From positions 928,001-992,000 of the forward strand of contig CBDFGR010000002.1 in the NCBI GenBank assembly GCA_965247115.1: 64,000 bases of DNA. The letters run 5' to 3'. Shown piece by piece: positions 55,518 to 64,000 of the stretch. A program made the translations under genes and the position numbers. A model generated the notes under the pieces. That model was given only the letters and a program-made list of their open reading frames with translations, did not search any database and was not told the origin of the DNA. This stretch comes from Myxococcota bacterium (GTDB lineage Bacteria > Myxococcota_A > UBA9160 > SZUA-336). The first letter of the stretch is position 1. The number at the start of each line of letters is the position of its first letter.

Positions 55518-56372
55518 GTGATCGAGGTAACCGGGCTGGTCTTCGCATACCCGGGTGCGAAGGAGCCGGCCGTAAACGATCTGGAGTTCGCGGTCGAGGA
55601 CGGCGAGATCCTCGGATTCCTGGGACCGAACGGCGCTGGCAAGAGCACCACGCAGAAGGTTCTCACCGGCCTGCTGCGCGACTACAGCGGCAAGGTACGC
55701 GTCCTCGAGCGCGAGGTGCGCGACTGGGGTTCCGATCTGTACGAGCAGGTCGGGGTCGGCTTCGAGCTTCCTGTTCACTACGGCCGTCTCACGGCGCGCG
55801 AGAATCTGCGCTACTTCGGCTCGCTGTATCGGGGCGAGATAGAGGATCCGGACGCGCTGCTAGAGCAGATGGATCTGCTGGACCAAGCAGACGTGCGCGT
55901 CGACCGCTTCTCGAAGGGCATGCGCGTGCGCTTGAGCTTTGCACGCTCGCTTCTGTGTCGCCCGCGGCTGCTGTTCCTGGACGAGCCCACGACGGGGCTC
56001 GATCCGGTCAGCGCGCGGCGCATCAAGGACCTGATTCTTCAGCACCGGGCGCGCGGTGCGACGGTCTTCCTCACCACCCACGACATGGCAACGGCGGACG
56101 AGCTTTGCGACCGCGTGGCGTTCCTGGTCGACGGGCGCATCGCCCTGATCGACGCCCCGCGCGAGCTCAAGGTCCGCTACGGGGAGGAGCGCGTGCGCGT
56201 GGAGTACCGCGTCGACGAGACGCTCGAGGCGCGCGACTTTCCACTGGAGGGTCTGGCTGAGAACGCGGAGTTCCTCGCGGCGTTGCGCGAGCCGTCCCTG
56301 GAGACGATCCACACCCAGGAGTCGTCGCTCGAGCGCATTTTCATTCGCGTGACCGGTCGGGAGCTCGCGTGA
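55518..56372 (+). CDS. ABC transporter ATP-binding protein
   Basis: GPNGAGKST, FSKGM, LFLDEPT, TTHDM. Confidence 0.95.
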   Translation: MIEVTGLVFAYPGAKEPAVNDLEFAVEDGEILGFLGPNGAGKSTTQKVLTGLLRDYSGKVRVLEREVRDWGSDLYEQVGVGFELPVHYGRLTARENLRYFGSLYRGEIEDPDALLEQMDLLDQADVRVDRFSKGMRVRLSFARSLLCRPRLLFLDEPTTGLDPVSARRIKDLILQHRARGATVFLTTHDMATADELCDRVAFLVDGRIALIDAPRELKVRYGEERVRVEYRVDETLEARDFPLEGLAENAEFLAALREPSLETIHTQESSLERIFIRVTGRELA

Positions 56373-57076
56373 GCCGGCTCTCCGCCACGTTGCGACTCGA
56401 TGCGCAGCTCCAGGCGCGCAACAAGGTGTACCTGATCATCGCGGTCGCCGCTCTCGGACTGGCCTTCGCACTTCGTGCGCTCTTCACCCCTGGGCAGCTG
56501 CATTTCTTCATGCCGCTGGTGGCCCTCTCCGGCGTGAGCCTGACAACGTACTTTCTGATCGGCGTACTGCTGCTGCTCGAGCGGGGGGAGGGCACGCTCG
56601 ACGTCGTGCTGGTCTCGCCATTGCGGTCGGCCGAGTACCTTGCCTCCAAGCTCTTGACGGTCACCGCGCTCGCGCTGGTCGAGAGCGCGCTCATCGTGGG
56701 CATAGTCTACGGGCTGGCCTTCTCGCTTCCGTGGCTAGTGCTGGCGGTGCTGATGCGCGCCGGCCTGGTCGGCGCCGTCGGTGTGGCCGTGGGCGCGCGC
56801 TATCGCTCGATCACGGGCTTCCTTTTGCCGGGGATCGCGCTCACCGTGGCGTTCGATCTGCCGGTCCTCTGGTACCTGGAGCTCTGGCCCAGTCCGCTCT
56901 TCTACGTGTGGCCGACGCTGCCATCGCTGCTTCTGGCCAAGGCCGCATTCCTGCCGGTCGACCCGCTCCAGCTGGCCTACGCTTGTGTCTACGGCACGCT
57001 GGCCGTCGGAGCCGCCGTGTTCTGGGCGTCGTGCGCGCTCGACCGCTTCGTCGTGCGCGGGGAGCTCGGTTCGTGA
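56369..57076 (+). CDS. ABC-2 type permease (fluoroquinolone-export-like)
   Basis: Six TM, LLERGEGTL..VSPL...EYL..K; GTGA overlap. Confidence 0.85.
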   Translation: MSRLSATLRLDAQLQARNKVYLIIAVAALGLAFALRALFTPGQLHFFMPLVALSGVSLTTYFLIGVLLLLERGEGTLDVVLVSPLRSAEYLASKLLTVTALALVESALIVGIVYGLAFSLPWLVLAVLMRAGLVGAVGVAVGARYRSITGFLLPGIALTVAFDLPVLWYLELWPSPLFYVWPTLPSLLLAKAAFLPVDPLQLAYACVYGTLAVGAAVFWASCALDRFVVRGELGS

Positions 57077-57813
57077 CCGCGCACGTGACCAGGGCCCTGC
57101 GGGTGCTCGCGCCCAACGATCTGCGCCTGATCTGGCGCGACGGCTTCCTGCTGATGATGCTGCTCGTCCCGCCGCTTACCTGTCTGGGCTTTCGCTGGCT
57201 GGTTCCGTACCTGACGGGAGTCGTGGCCGAGTGGGTGGAGCTCGAGCGTTACTACGGGCTCATCCTGGCCAACTTTCTGGTCGCCATGCAGCCGGTCATG
57301 CTGGGCGCCGTCGTTGGCATCCTCTTCATCGAGGAGCGCGACGAGGGCACGCTGCTGGCGCTCCAGGCCAGTCCGCTCTCGCTCCGCAGCTTCCTGGGCT
57401 ACCGGCTGCTGGCCGCAATGGGCCTCAGCATTGCGCTCACGTCGATCGACGTGCCACTCGCGGGCCTGGTCTCGGTCTCGCTCTTCGAGCTACTGGCGGC
57501 AGCAACCCTCGCCTCGTTCGCCGTCCCGCTCGTCGCGCTCGCCTATGCGGTCTACATCCAGAACAAGGTGCAAGCGGTGACCGCGATCAAGCTGGTGCAG
57601 GCATGGGGGGGTCTACCCGTGCTGCTCTTCTTCGCGCCCACGCCCTGGCAGTGGATCGGAAGCGTGCCAGGGCCTCTCTACTATCCCATGCGTCTGTTCT
57701 GGAGCGCCGCCGACGGTCGAGCGGAGTGGTGGCTGATCCTGCCGGGACTGATCCTGCAGGGGGCGGCGCTACTCTGGCTGCTGCGCCGCTTCCAGCGCAC
57801 CGTCTATGCCTGA
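57073..57813 (+). CDS. ABC-2 type permease (fluoroquinolone-export-like)
   Basis: NDLRLIWRD, EERDEGTL.AL..SPL; GTG 57073 overlaps upstream TGA. Confidence 0.85.
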   Translation: MTAHVTRALRVLAPNDLRLIWRDGFLLMMLLVPPLTCLGFRWLVPYLTGVVAEWVELERYYGLILANFLVAMQPVMLGAVVGILFIEERDEGTLLALQASPLSLRSFLGYRLLAAMGLSIALTSIDVPLAGLVSVSLFELLAAATLASFAVPLVALAYAVYIQNKVQAVTAIKLVQAWGGLPVLLFFAPTPWQWIGSVPGPLYYPMRLFWSAADGRAEWWLILPGLILQGAALLWLLRRFQRTVYA

Positions 57814-57899
57814 GACGGTGATTCCCACGTTTCCGTGGAGAGCACACGCGCCAACGAATCGCGATGCAATGGAGCTGCGACTATTCTACGGGCGTCTGC

Positions 57900-58727
57900 T
57901 CAGGCGGCGGCGTCTTTCGGGTATGCGCACATGACGCGAGTCTCGAGGCTGCGTCGCTCGACGGTGTTGTCGGCGCCGCCCCGGTCGTAGAAGGACGTGT
58001 GGGGACAGACCTGGGCGACGCCGGTGCGGGAGTCGAGCTGCTTGAAAACAATGAGCTCGTCGGTCGTGAGCCCCGAAAAGTAGTAGAGCAGGTGAGCGGA
58101 GCTGTGGAGGGGGAGGGAGGCGATACCCTGGTTCCCCTCCGTGACGTAGTACTCGACCACACTATCCGGGTCCAGCGACGAAGCGTCGAGGACCGTCAGG
58201 TAGTTGCGGACATTGTCGCGTTCGATCAGCTGCCAGACGTTGTACCAGGCGAAATCCCACCGCTGCATCTCGCCAAGGAGAGGGCTCTTTAGGCAGGATA
58301 GCAGGTCGCGCGCCATCGCTTGCCACCGGCCGGGACGGTAGTCGCAGTGCACGTAGCGCGCGTACGCGCTGAGAAACGTTTTCGGGTTTTCGTTGCGGAT
58401 CTGGTGACCCATGGAGAAGATGTGCGAGGCGCCCGTGAGCCGTCGGAGGAGCGCCTGGACCTCGCCGTAATACGTCTCCTCGACCTCGTTTTCGTCTCTG
58501 AAGTCAGTCACCGCCGAATGCAGCGGCGCCAGGACGAAGCCCGTTGAATCCAGGTCGAGCTCGCCGCGCTCTTGAAGCGGCCGGGCGTCCGCGATCTCGA
58601 CGTCATACAGCGTCGTGTTTGCGTGCCGCGTCGCCTTCGAGCAGATCCGCGGGCGCTCATTCCGGTCCCGCCAGTTCTTCCACTCGGAATTCAGATATCT
58701 GACCTGTGCGCGTACGGTGCCCGCCAT
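57900..58727 (-). CDS. CmcJ/NvfI-like oxidoreductase
   Basis: I.DAR, LD..GF.L, HCDY, NVW, FKQLDS, PHTSF, R.S.E.R motifs; AGGAGG RBS. Confidence 0.75.
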   Translation of the reverse strand: MAGTVRAQVRYLNSEWKNWRDRNERPRICSKATRHANTTLYDVEIADARPLQERGELDLDSTGFVLAPLHSAVTDFRDENEVEETYYGEVQALLRRLTGASHIFSMGHQIRNENPKTFLSAYARYVHCDYRPGRWQAMARDLLSCLKSPLLGEMQRWDFAWYNVWQLIERDNVRNYLTVLDASSLDPDSVVEYYVTEGNQGIASLPLHSSAHLLYYFSGLTTDELIVFKQLDSRTGVAQVCPHTSFYDRGGADNTVERRSLETRVMCAYPKDAAA

Positions 58728-58825
58728 CGCCCAACCTCCTGCCGGGCCGGAGTCTAGCCTTTCCAGCCGGGCCGATTCAGTAGACTGCCAGTCCCCGCCC
58801 TCCGGCGGACCCGGAGAGGAGACCC

Positions 58826-59233
58826 TTACAGCTGGACGGTCGCCGTCCCCATGACGCGCGTCTCACCCTGCTCGTTCAGGATCGTCAGATCGACCTCGAC
58901 GGTGCGATCCTCCTCGTTCACGTCGGTCACGACACTCTTGCAGGTAGGATCCGAGTCCACGAGCACGGGCGCCCGAAACACCGTATCGATCGTCAGAATT
59001 TTCGACCCGGGAGCCCAGCGATGTATGAGCCCTGCGAGGATTCCCTGGCTCATGATCCCAGGCACGATCGCCCCTGGCAGCCCCTCTTTGCGCGCCTCCT
59101 CGTGGTCCGTGAAACGAGTCGACGCCATGCCGCTCGCGTGGGTGAACAGGCGAATGCGCTCCATGCTCACGTCCGGCTTGAACTCAGGCAGATCCTGACC
59201 CAGCTCCACGTCGTCGAAATTGATTCTTGCCAT
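58826..59233 (-). CDS. MaoC-like (hot-dog fold) dehydratase
   Basis: D.E.ARKEGLPGAIVPG, FRAPV, GTATVQL. Confidence 0.85.
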   Translation of the reverse strand: MARINFDDVELGQDLPEFKPDVSMERIRLFTHASGMASTRFTDHEEARKEGLPGAIVPGIMSQGILAGLIHRWAPGSKILTIDTVFRAPVLVDSDPTCKSVVTDVNEEDRTVEVDLTILNEQGETRVMGTATVQL

Positions 59234-59235
59234 GA

Positions 59236-59676
59236 CTACTCCGGGGGTGGCGTGCGTACCATGCGCCAGTCAACGATCGACACCAGCTCGTCGCGCTGAT
59301 TCCTGAACTCCATCTGGTGCACGATGAAGATCATGGACCCCGAGCGGCCGGTCTTCTCGTAGATGTCGGCGATGCGGCTGCGACCAACCAGCGTGTCACC
59401 AGGCCGCAGAGGCGCTCGCACCTCCACTCTCTTGCCTGCGTCGAAGCCGCCACCGTCAATTCGGGGGAACAGGGCGGGCATCTGCTTGCCGCGGCTGATC
59501 AGCTTCGCGGTAAACGTCGGGGGAGCCTGGAAGTCCGGGTCGCTGGAGTCGGTGAACTTCGGCTCCGTCTCCCCACAGGCAATCGCGAAGTCCCGAATCT
59601 CTTGTTCCGAGACCTGGAACTTCGCCTCGTCGAACTCCACGCCAATCCACTTGGCCTTCATGTCCTCTATTTGCAT
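59236..59676 (-). CDS. MaoC N-terminal-type hot-dog protein
   Basis: IRDFAIACGE, APPTF, PLRPGDTL, EKTGRSG.M.F. Confidence 0.85.
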   Translation of the reverse strand: MQIEDMKAKWIGVEFDEAKFQVSEQEIRDFAIACGETEPKFTDSSDPDFQAPPTFTAKLISRGKQMPALFPRIDGGGFDAGKRVEVRAPLRPGDTLVGRSRIADIYEKTGRSGSMIFIVHQMEFRNQRDELVSIVDWRMVRTPPPE

Positions 59677-60293
59677 GACACCGCCTCATAGGCACCGCCG
59701 CGCAGAGCCGCGACGAGGTCGTCCTCAGTACTGATCTCTGCGGAGAAGCGAGTCGCACAGCGCCCGATGTGGCTGACGATGTGTGCGTCGCTTCCCCCAA
59801 TGCCGGAGTAGCCGTGCTCGTCCGCGAGCGCTTGCGCGTCCAGGTCTTCGTTGCCGCGGCTTCCGCCGTTCAGCACCTCGACGATCTGCACGCCCTTCAT
59901 CGGACCGCGCTCCTCGTAGTGTGCGCACATCCCCACGCGGGGACGCCCGGGATGACACGGCACCGCGATCGCCCCGCAGCGCTCGGACTCGCGCAGTACC
60001 GTCTCCAGCTGCAGGTCGATGCGCGTGAAGTCGAAGGCGTGGAGCAGGTCTTCGTTGACACCAAACACCAGCACGTGACCGTAGTCCGTCTCGACCTCAC
60101 TTCCCTTCAAGACCAGGATGCCGGAAGAGTCCTCGATGGAGCGGTAGTCGGACTCGGCATCGAACTGGCGATGCTCGGTCAAAACGAGCCCGTCGATGGA
60201 CAGCCCACGGTTCGTGATCCACTGGCAGTAGTTCTCTACCTTGGCCCTTCCATCGTCCGACTTGATGGAGTGGTTGTGCAGGTCCAGGATCAT
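59667..60293 (-). CDS. PHP-domain metallophosphoesterase
   Basis: DLHNHS..SDDG, LTEH, GSEV...GH, CHP, EVLNG, GGSDAH. Confidence 0.88.
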   Translation of the reverse strand: MILDLHNHSIKSDDGRAKVENYCQWITNRGLSIDGLVLTEHRQFDAESDYRSIEDSSGILVLKGSEVETDYGHVLVFGVNEDLLHAFDFTRIDLQLETVLRESERCGAIAVPCHPGRPRVGMCAHYEERGPMKGVQIVEVLNGGSRGNEDLDAQALADEHGYSGIGGSDAHIVSHIGRCATRFSAEISTEDDLVAALRGGAYEAVSCK

Positions 60294-60700
60294 GCAGGGC
60301 GGAATCGGGGAACGCCGAGTCCCCCGTCAACGTCGTAGAAGTCCGCCTGAACGGGCATTCCGATCGTCACTGTCTCGGGGTCGCAATCGACGACATTCGT
60401 CATGATCCGAGGCCCTTCCTCGAGATCGACGTACGCGAGCACGTAGGGACAGCTCTTGGCAAAGGCCGGTGACTGGTTCTGGTTCGTGATGGTGTACGTG
60501 TGGACCGTCCCGCGCCCGGAAGCTTTGAAGTGCTCGATGTCCGAGGACAGGCATGTCGCGCAGAGAGCGCGGGGCCGCTGCTGCACGGTCTGGCACCCGC
60601 GGCAGCGCTGGAGCACCAGCTCGTGCCTTCCGCAGCCCTCCCAGTAGCCGCGGGTTTCCCAATCCGGGTACGGGCTCGGGTGCTGAATTTCCTCTGCCAT
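60290..60700 (-). CDS. DUF35 Zn-ribbon/OB-fold protein
   Basis: QRCRGC...CATC, GRGTVHTYT, PYVLAYVDLEEGPR; start trimmed to ATG 60700. Confidence 0.92.
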   Translation of the reverse strand: MAEEIQHPSPYPDWETRGYWEGCGRHELVLQRCRGCQTVQQRPRALCATCLSSDIEHFKASGRGTVHTYTITNQNQSPAFAKSCPYVLAYVDLEEGPRIMTNVVDCDPETVTIGMPVQADFYDVDGGLGVPRFRPA

Positions 60701-61857
60701 CAGTTCCTCGTGAGTATCAGCGTGGCGCCGCTGTGCGAGACCCCCAGGCTTCCGCCTGTTCCGTGGACCAGGGCGGTCCGCGCGCCCTCGACCTGCCGCT
60801 CGCCGCACTCCCCGCGCAGCTGCTGGGTCGCCTCGATCACGAGGAAGATACCGCGCATCCCGGGGTGATTCGAGGACAGGCCGCCGCCGTCGGGATTCAC
60901 GGGCAACGCCCCGCCGAGGCCGATCCGCCCCCCCTCGACAAAGCTCCCTCCCTCGCCCGGCTTGCAGAAGCCGAGATTCTCCAGCGTGAGCAGCAGCGTG
61001 ATCGTGAAGGAGTCGTAGATCGCACACAGATCCACGTCATCGTGCGTGATGCCCGCCATCCGGAACGCCGCCTCGCTCGACTGCCTTGCAGCCATGGTGA
61101 GCAGGTCCGGCGCCCCGATCTCCTGGTGCGCAACGGCCTCGCCGCAACCGCGCAGGATGACGGCGGGCTTCGGAAGGTCGCGGGCCCGCTCCGCTGAGGT
61201 GACGACGATCGCCCCGCCCCCGTCGCTGATGATGCAGCAGTCGAGCAAGTGTAACGGGTCCGAGATCACGCGGCTCTCGAGCACGTCGTCGACGGTGATC
61301 GGCTTGCGCATCTTCGCGGATGGGTTGAGCGAGGCGTGACGACGCATGGTCACTGCGATCTCGGCCAGCTGCTCGCTCGTCGTGCCATACTCGTGCATGT
61401 GCCGCTGAGCGACCAGCGCGTAGCTGCCGACGGTCGTGGAACCATACGGAGAGACGAAGGACCCGGCGGCATCGCGACCAGCGCCACCACCCGTACCGAT
61501 CGCCATGGCGTTAGACGCAGCGGTGCCCCCGTACAGGATCAGCCCGACCTCCATGAGGCCCGCGTGAATGGCCGCCGCCGCGTGGTTCACGTGCGCGACG
61601 AACGACGAGCCACCGATGTTTGTGCCGTCGATGTAGTCGGGCTTCAGGTTCAGGTACTCGGCCAGCGAGACGACGCCCATCGCCCCCATGCCCATCCCGG
61701 CCGCGAACAGCCCATCGACGTCCGAGAGCTGCAGGCCGGCGTCTTCCAGCGCGCCGCGGGCCGATTCGCCCATGATCTGCCACTCGGTCTTGTCCGGCGC
61801 CCAGCGGGTCGGGTGCTCGTGTACGCCCGCGATCGCGATCTGCCCGGAGAGGCTCAC
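60700..61857 (-). CDS. SCP2/Ltp2-like thiolase-fold protein lacking the N-terminal catalytic Cys
   Basis: IGGSS at the usual Cys position, LDCC..SDGG, YDSFT, NPDGGGLS..HPG. Confidence 0.9.
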   Translation of the reverse strand: MSLSGQIAIAGVHEHPTRWAPDKTEWQIMGESARGALEDAGLQLSDVDGLFAAGMGMGAMGVVSLAEYLNLKPDYIDGTNIGGSSFVAHVNHAAAAIHAGLMEVGLILYGGTAASNAMAIGTGGGAGRDAAGSFVSPYGSTTVGSYALVAQRHMHEYGTTSEQLAEIAVTMRRHASLNPSAKMRKPITVDDVLESRVISDPLHLLDCCIISDGGGAIVVTSAERARDLPKPAVILRGCGEAVAHQEIGAPDLLTMAARQSSEAAFRMAGITHDDVDLCAIYDSFTITLLLTLENLGFCKPGEGGSFVEGGRIGLGGALPVNPDGGGLSSNHPGMRGIFLVIEATQQLRGECGERQVEGARTALVHGTGGSLGVSHSGATLILTRN

Positions 61858-62663
61858 TGCTGCAGCTCCGAGAGGAAGGCCGCTACGGCCTGGACTAGCG
61901 CCTGCGGCTGCTCAAGGGGCAGGCAGTGACCCGACTTCGGGATCACGACACGTCGGGCACCCGGAATCTGCCCCGCAAGCCGATCGGTCTCCTTTGCGAG
62001 CTCCTCCACCTCGTCCTCGCCGCGGACGACGAGTGTTGGAACGGAGAGCTCCGCGAGGCGGTCCTGCGCGTTCCACTGCCTTGCGGCGAGCACATCACCA
62101 AGCCGCGCGCGGGGATCCGTCTTGAGATCCTCCATGAAGCCCTGGCGCAGCACTTCGGGCGGGGTCGAGGGAGAATACGCGCTGCGGTTGAACGACCGCC
62201 GGGCCTTTCCCTCGGCGATGAGCCTCAGCTCGTCGATCTGCGCGTCTCCCACGTGGAAGTTCGCGGCGGTCGAGCACAGGATCAGCGCGCGCACTCCGCC
62301 GGGGTGGTCGAGCGCGTAGCGCATGGCGACCGCTCCTCCAAGCGAGTGTCCCAGCAGGACCGGCCGCTCGATCCCGAGCCGCTCGATCACGCCGCCGGTG
62401 AACTCCGCCATGCGCTCGATCGAGGGCAGACTATCGAGTTCGCCGGAGCGCCCGTGCGCAGGCTGGTCGAACGCGACAGGGCTGTGCTCCTCGGCGAGAA
62501 GCGGCAACACGCCGGCGTAGTGATTCCCGTTCCCACCAGCGGAGTGGAGGCACAGGACCACCTCGCCGCGGCTCAGGTCGGGCACCGTCTCGGGCAGGGT
62601 CGTCGGTCCCGTGTGATGGACGAAAGTCGCAATGCCCGCGATGGAAAAGTACTTGTTCGGCAC
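61854..62663 (-). CDS. Alpha/beta hydrolase
   Basis: DQPAHGRS, GHSLGG nucleophile, GEDE, SGH...EQP. Confidence 0.9.
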   Translation of the reverse strand: MPNKYFSIAGIATFVHHTGPTTLPETVPDLSRGEVVLCLHSAGGNGNHYAGVLPLLAEEHSPVAFDQPAHGRSGELDSLPSIERMAEFTGGVIERLGIERPVLLGHSLGGAVAMRYALDHPGGVRALILCSTAANFHVGDAQIDELRLIAEGKARRSFNRSAYSPSTPPEVLRQGFMEDLKTDPRARLGDVLAARQWNAQDRLAELSVPTLVVRGEDEVEELAKETDRLAGQIPGARRVVIPKSGHCLPLEQPQALVQAVAAFLSELQQ

Positions 62664-62775
62664 CGGCGGCAGAGTACTAGGTACCTGATTTCGCAGTCAA
62701 TTTGCGCTCCAGACCGGGTCTCGCGTTCCAGCTAGAATGCACCTCGCACCCGACGAGACGAAAGAGGAACCCAAC

Positions 62776-63678
62776 ATGCGCTTCAGCTTCTGGCCCGGCC
62801 CCGCTCAGCCCTGGGAGGATGTCCTCGAGCTAGGACGTCACGTGGAGGCGTCCGGCTGGGATGGGATCTGGTACGCGGATCACTTCATGCCCAATGCCTC
62901 GGACACGAGCGGGCCCGTGAACGAGGCGTGGACAATGCTCGCGGCTCTGGCGGCCGCGGTGCCACGCATCCGCGTCGGTCCGCTCGTCACCGGCAACACG
63001 TACCGTCACCCCGCCGTGCTGGCAAAGATGGCGGCCACGGTCGACCGAATCAGCGGCGGCCGCCTGGTCCTCGGGCTGGGAGCCGGCTGGCAGGAGAACG
63101 AGCACCGGGCCTACGGCATCCCGTTCTACACGACGGGCGACCGGCTGCGGCGCCTGGAGGAGGCCTGTCAGCTGATCAAGGCACTTTTCCACGAGGAGCG
63201 TGCCAACTTCAGCGGCAAGTACTACCAGCTCGAGAACGCGCCGCTCGCACCGAAGCCGGTCCAGCAGCCGATCCCGCTTCTGATCGGCGGCGGCGGCGAG
63301 AAGGTGACCATGAGGATCGCCGCTCGCCACGCGGACGAGTGGAACGTCTGGGGCGACGTCGAGACCATGCAGCACAAGGTCCAGGTGCTGGATAGGCACA
63401 TGGCCGAGGCGGGCCGCGATCCGAAGGAGATCCAGCGCTCCGCCGTGGCCATGGTCTTCCTCTCCGACGACGCCGAGTACATCGAGAAGGTGCGAGCTCG
63501 AGGCGCAGCTCCCGCCATGATCGCCGGAAGCGTCGACGAGCTCCGACAGACCGTCGAGGCGTACGCGGAAACGGGCGTCGATGAGCTCATCGTTCCGGAC
63601 TTCAACCTGGGACCGCGTGAGCGAAAGCTGCCGGTCCTCGACCGCTTCATCCAAGAGGTGGCTCCGGCCGCTCGCTGA
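62776..63678 (+). CDS. LLM-class (probably F420-dependent) oxidoreductase
   Basis: WYADHFMP, YRHPAVLAKMAATVD.ISGGRL.LGLGAGW, IGGGGEK; GAGG RBS before ATG 62776. Confidence 0.92.
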   Translation: MRFSFWPGPAQPWEDVLELGRHVEASGWDGIWYADHFMPNASDTSGPVNEAWTMLAALAAAVPRIRVGPLVTGNTYRHPAVLAKMAATVDRISGGRLVLGLGAGWQENEHRAYGIPFYTTGDRLRRLEEACQLIKALFHEERANFSGKYYQLENAPLAPKPVQQPIPLLIGGGGEKVTMRIAARHADEWNVWGDVETMQHKVQVLDRHMAEAGRDPKEIQRSAVAMVFLSDDAEYIEKVRARGAAPAMIAGSVDELRQTVEAYAETGVDELIVPDFNLGPRERKLPVLDRFIQEVAPAAR

Positions 63679-63695
63679 CCCGGAAGACCCGCCAG

Positions 63696-64000
63696 CTACT
63701 CCTCGATGCGTACCAACGTGCCGACCTCGACCCGATCGTAGAGCTCGATCACGTCCGCGTTGCGCATGCGGACGCAGCCGGCCGAGGCTGAGACTCCCAG
63801 CTCCATCGAGTCGGGGCAACCGTGGATGTAGATGTTACGCCGCATGGTGTCGACGGCTCCAAGACGATTCCTGCCGACCTCGAGGCCGCCGAGCCAGAGG
63901 ATCCGCGTCAGGATCCAGTCGCGCCGGGGCTCGGCGCTGAACCGCTCGGGAGTGCAGATCTCGCCGGTCGCGCGACGGCCCTTGAATACTGTTCCCGCGG
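63696..64000 (-). CDS. L,D-transpeptidase (YkuD family), partial
   Basis: Not in ORF track. Hand translation gives ...DWILTRILWL.GLE.G.N...IYIHG...SAGCVRMRNADVIELYD.V.VGTLVRIEE*. Confidence 0.88.
   Translation of the reverse strand, partial: AGTVFKGRRATGEICTPERFSAEPRRDWILTRILWLGGLEVGRNRLGAVDTMRRNIYIHGCPDSMELGVSASAGCVRMRNADVIELYDRVEVGTLVRIEE

Noticed and set aside
1244..63819. Many long overlapping ORFs (e.g. 23692..25740, 29092..30912, 32466..34295, 48125..49729)
   Set aside because: Antisense or alternate-frame shadows expected in high-GC DNA; no recognisable motifs, and each overlaps a well-supported gene.

Overview
High-GC, gene-dense bacterial chromosomal window. The gene repertoire suggests a Myxococcota/Deltaproteobacteria-like lineage, which is inference only. 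Most of it is metabolic and transport genes: CoA/acyl-CoA enzymes, three amidohydrolases with two SnoaL proteins, aceE-aceF-lpdA, cysD-cysNC, MFS and ABC transporters, and a Cys-less thiolase/DUF35/PHP/MaoC operon. It also carries a NarL-type two-component system behind an odd Cache-only protein and an orphan efflux adaptor, and an NHEJ locus (ligD, ku) with a linked MerR-HTH/TPR gene. The most unusual signals are mobile-DNA related. (1) Two intact but diverged RAYT-like HUH transposase genes each sit head-to-head with a near-identical IS481-family left end placed just upstream of their promoter. (2) A nested mini-IS481 lies inside the first remnant. (3) A solitary integron gene cassette has a recognisable but damaged attC. 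(4) At least three families of REP/REPIN-like palindromes occur in intergenic spaces. No rRNA, tRNA or CRISPR array was recognised. All family assignments are by motif recognition, not database search.
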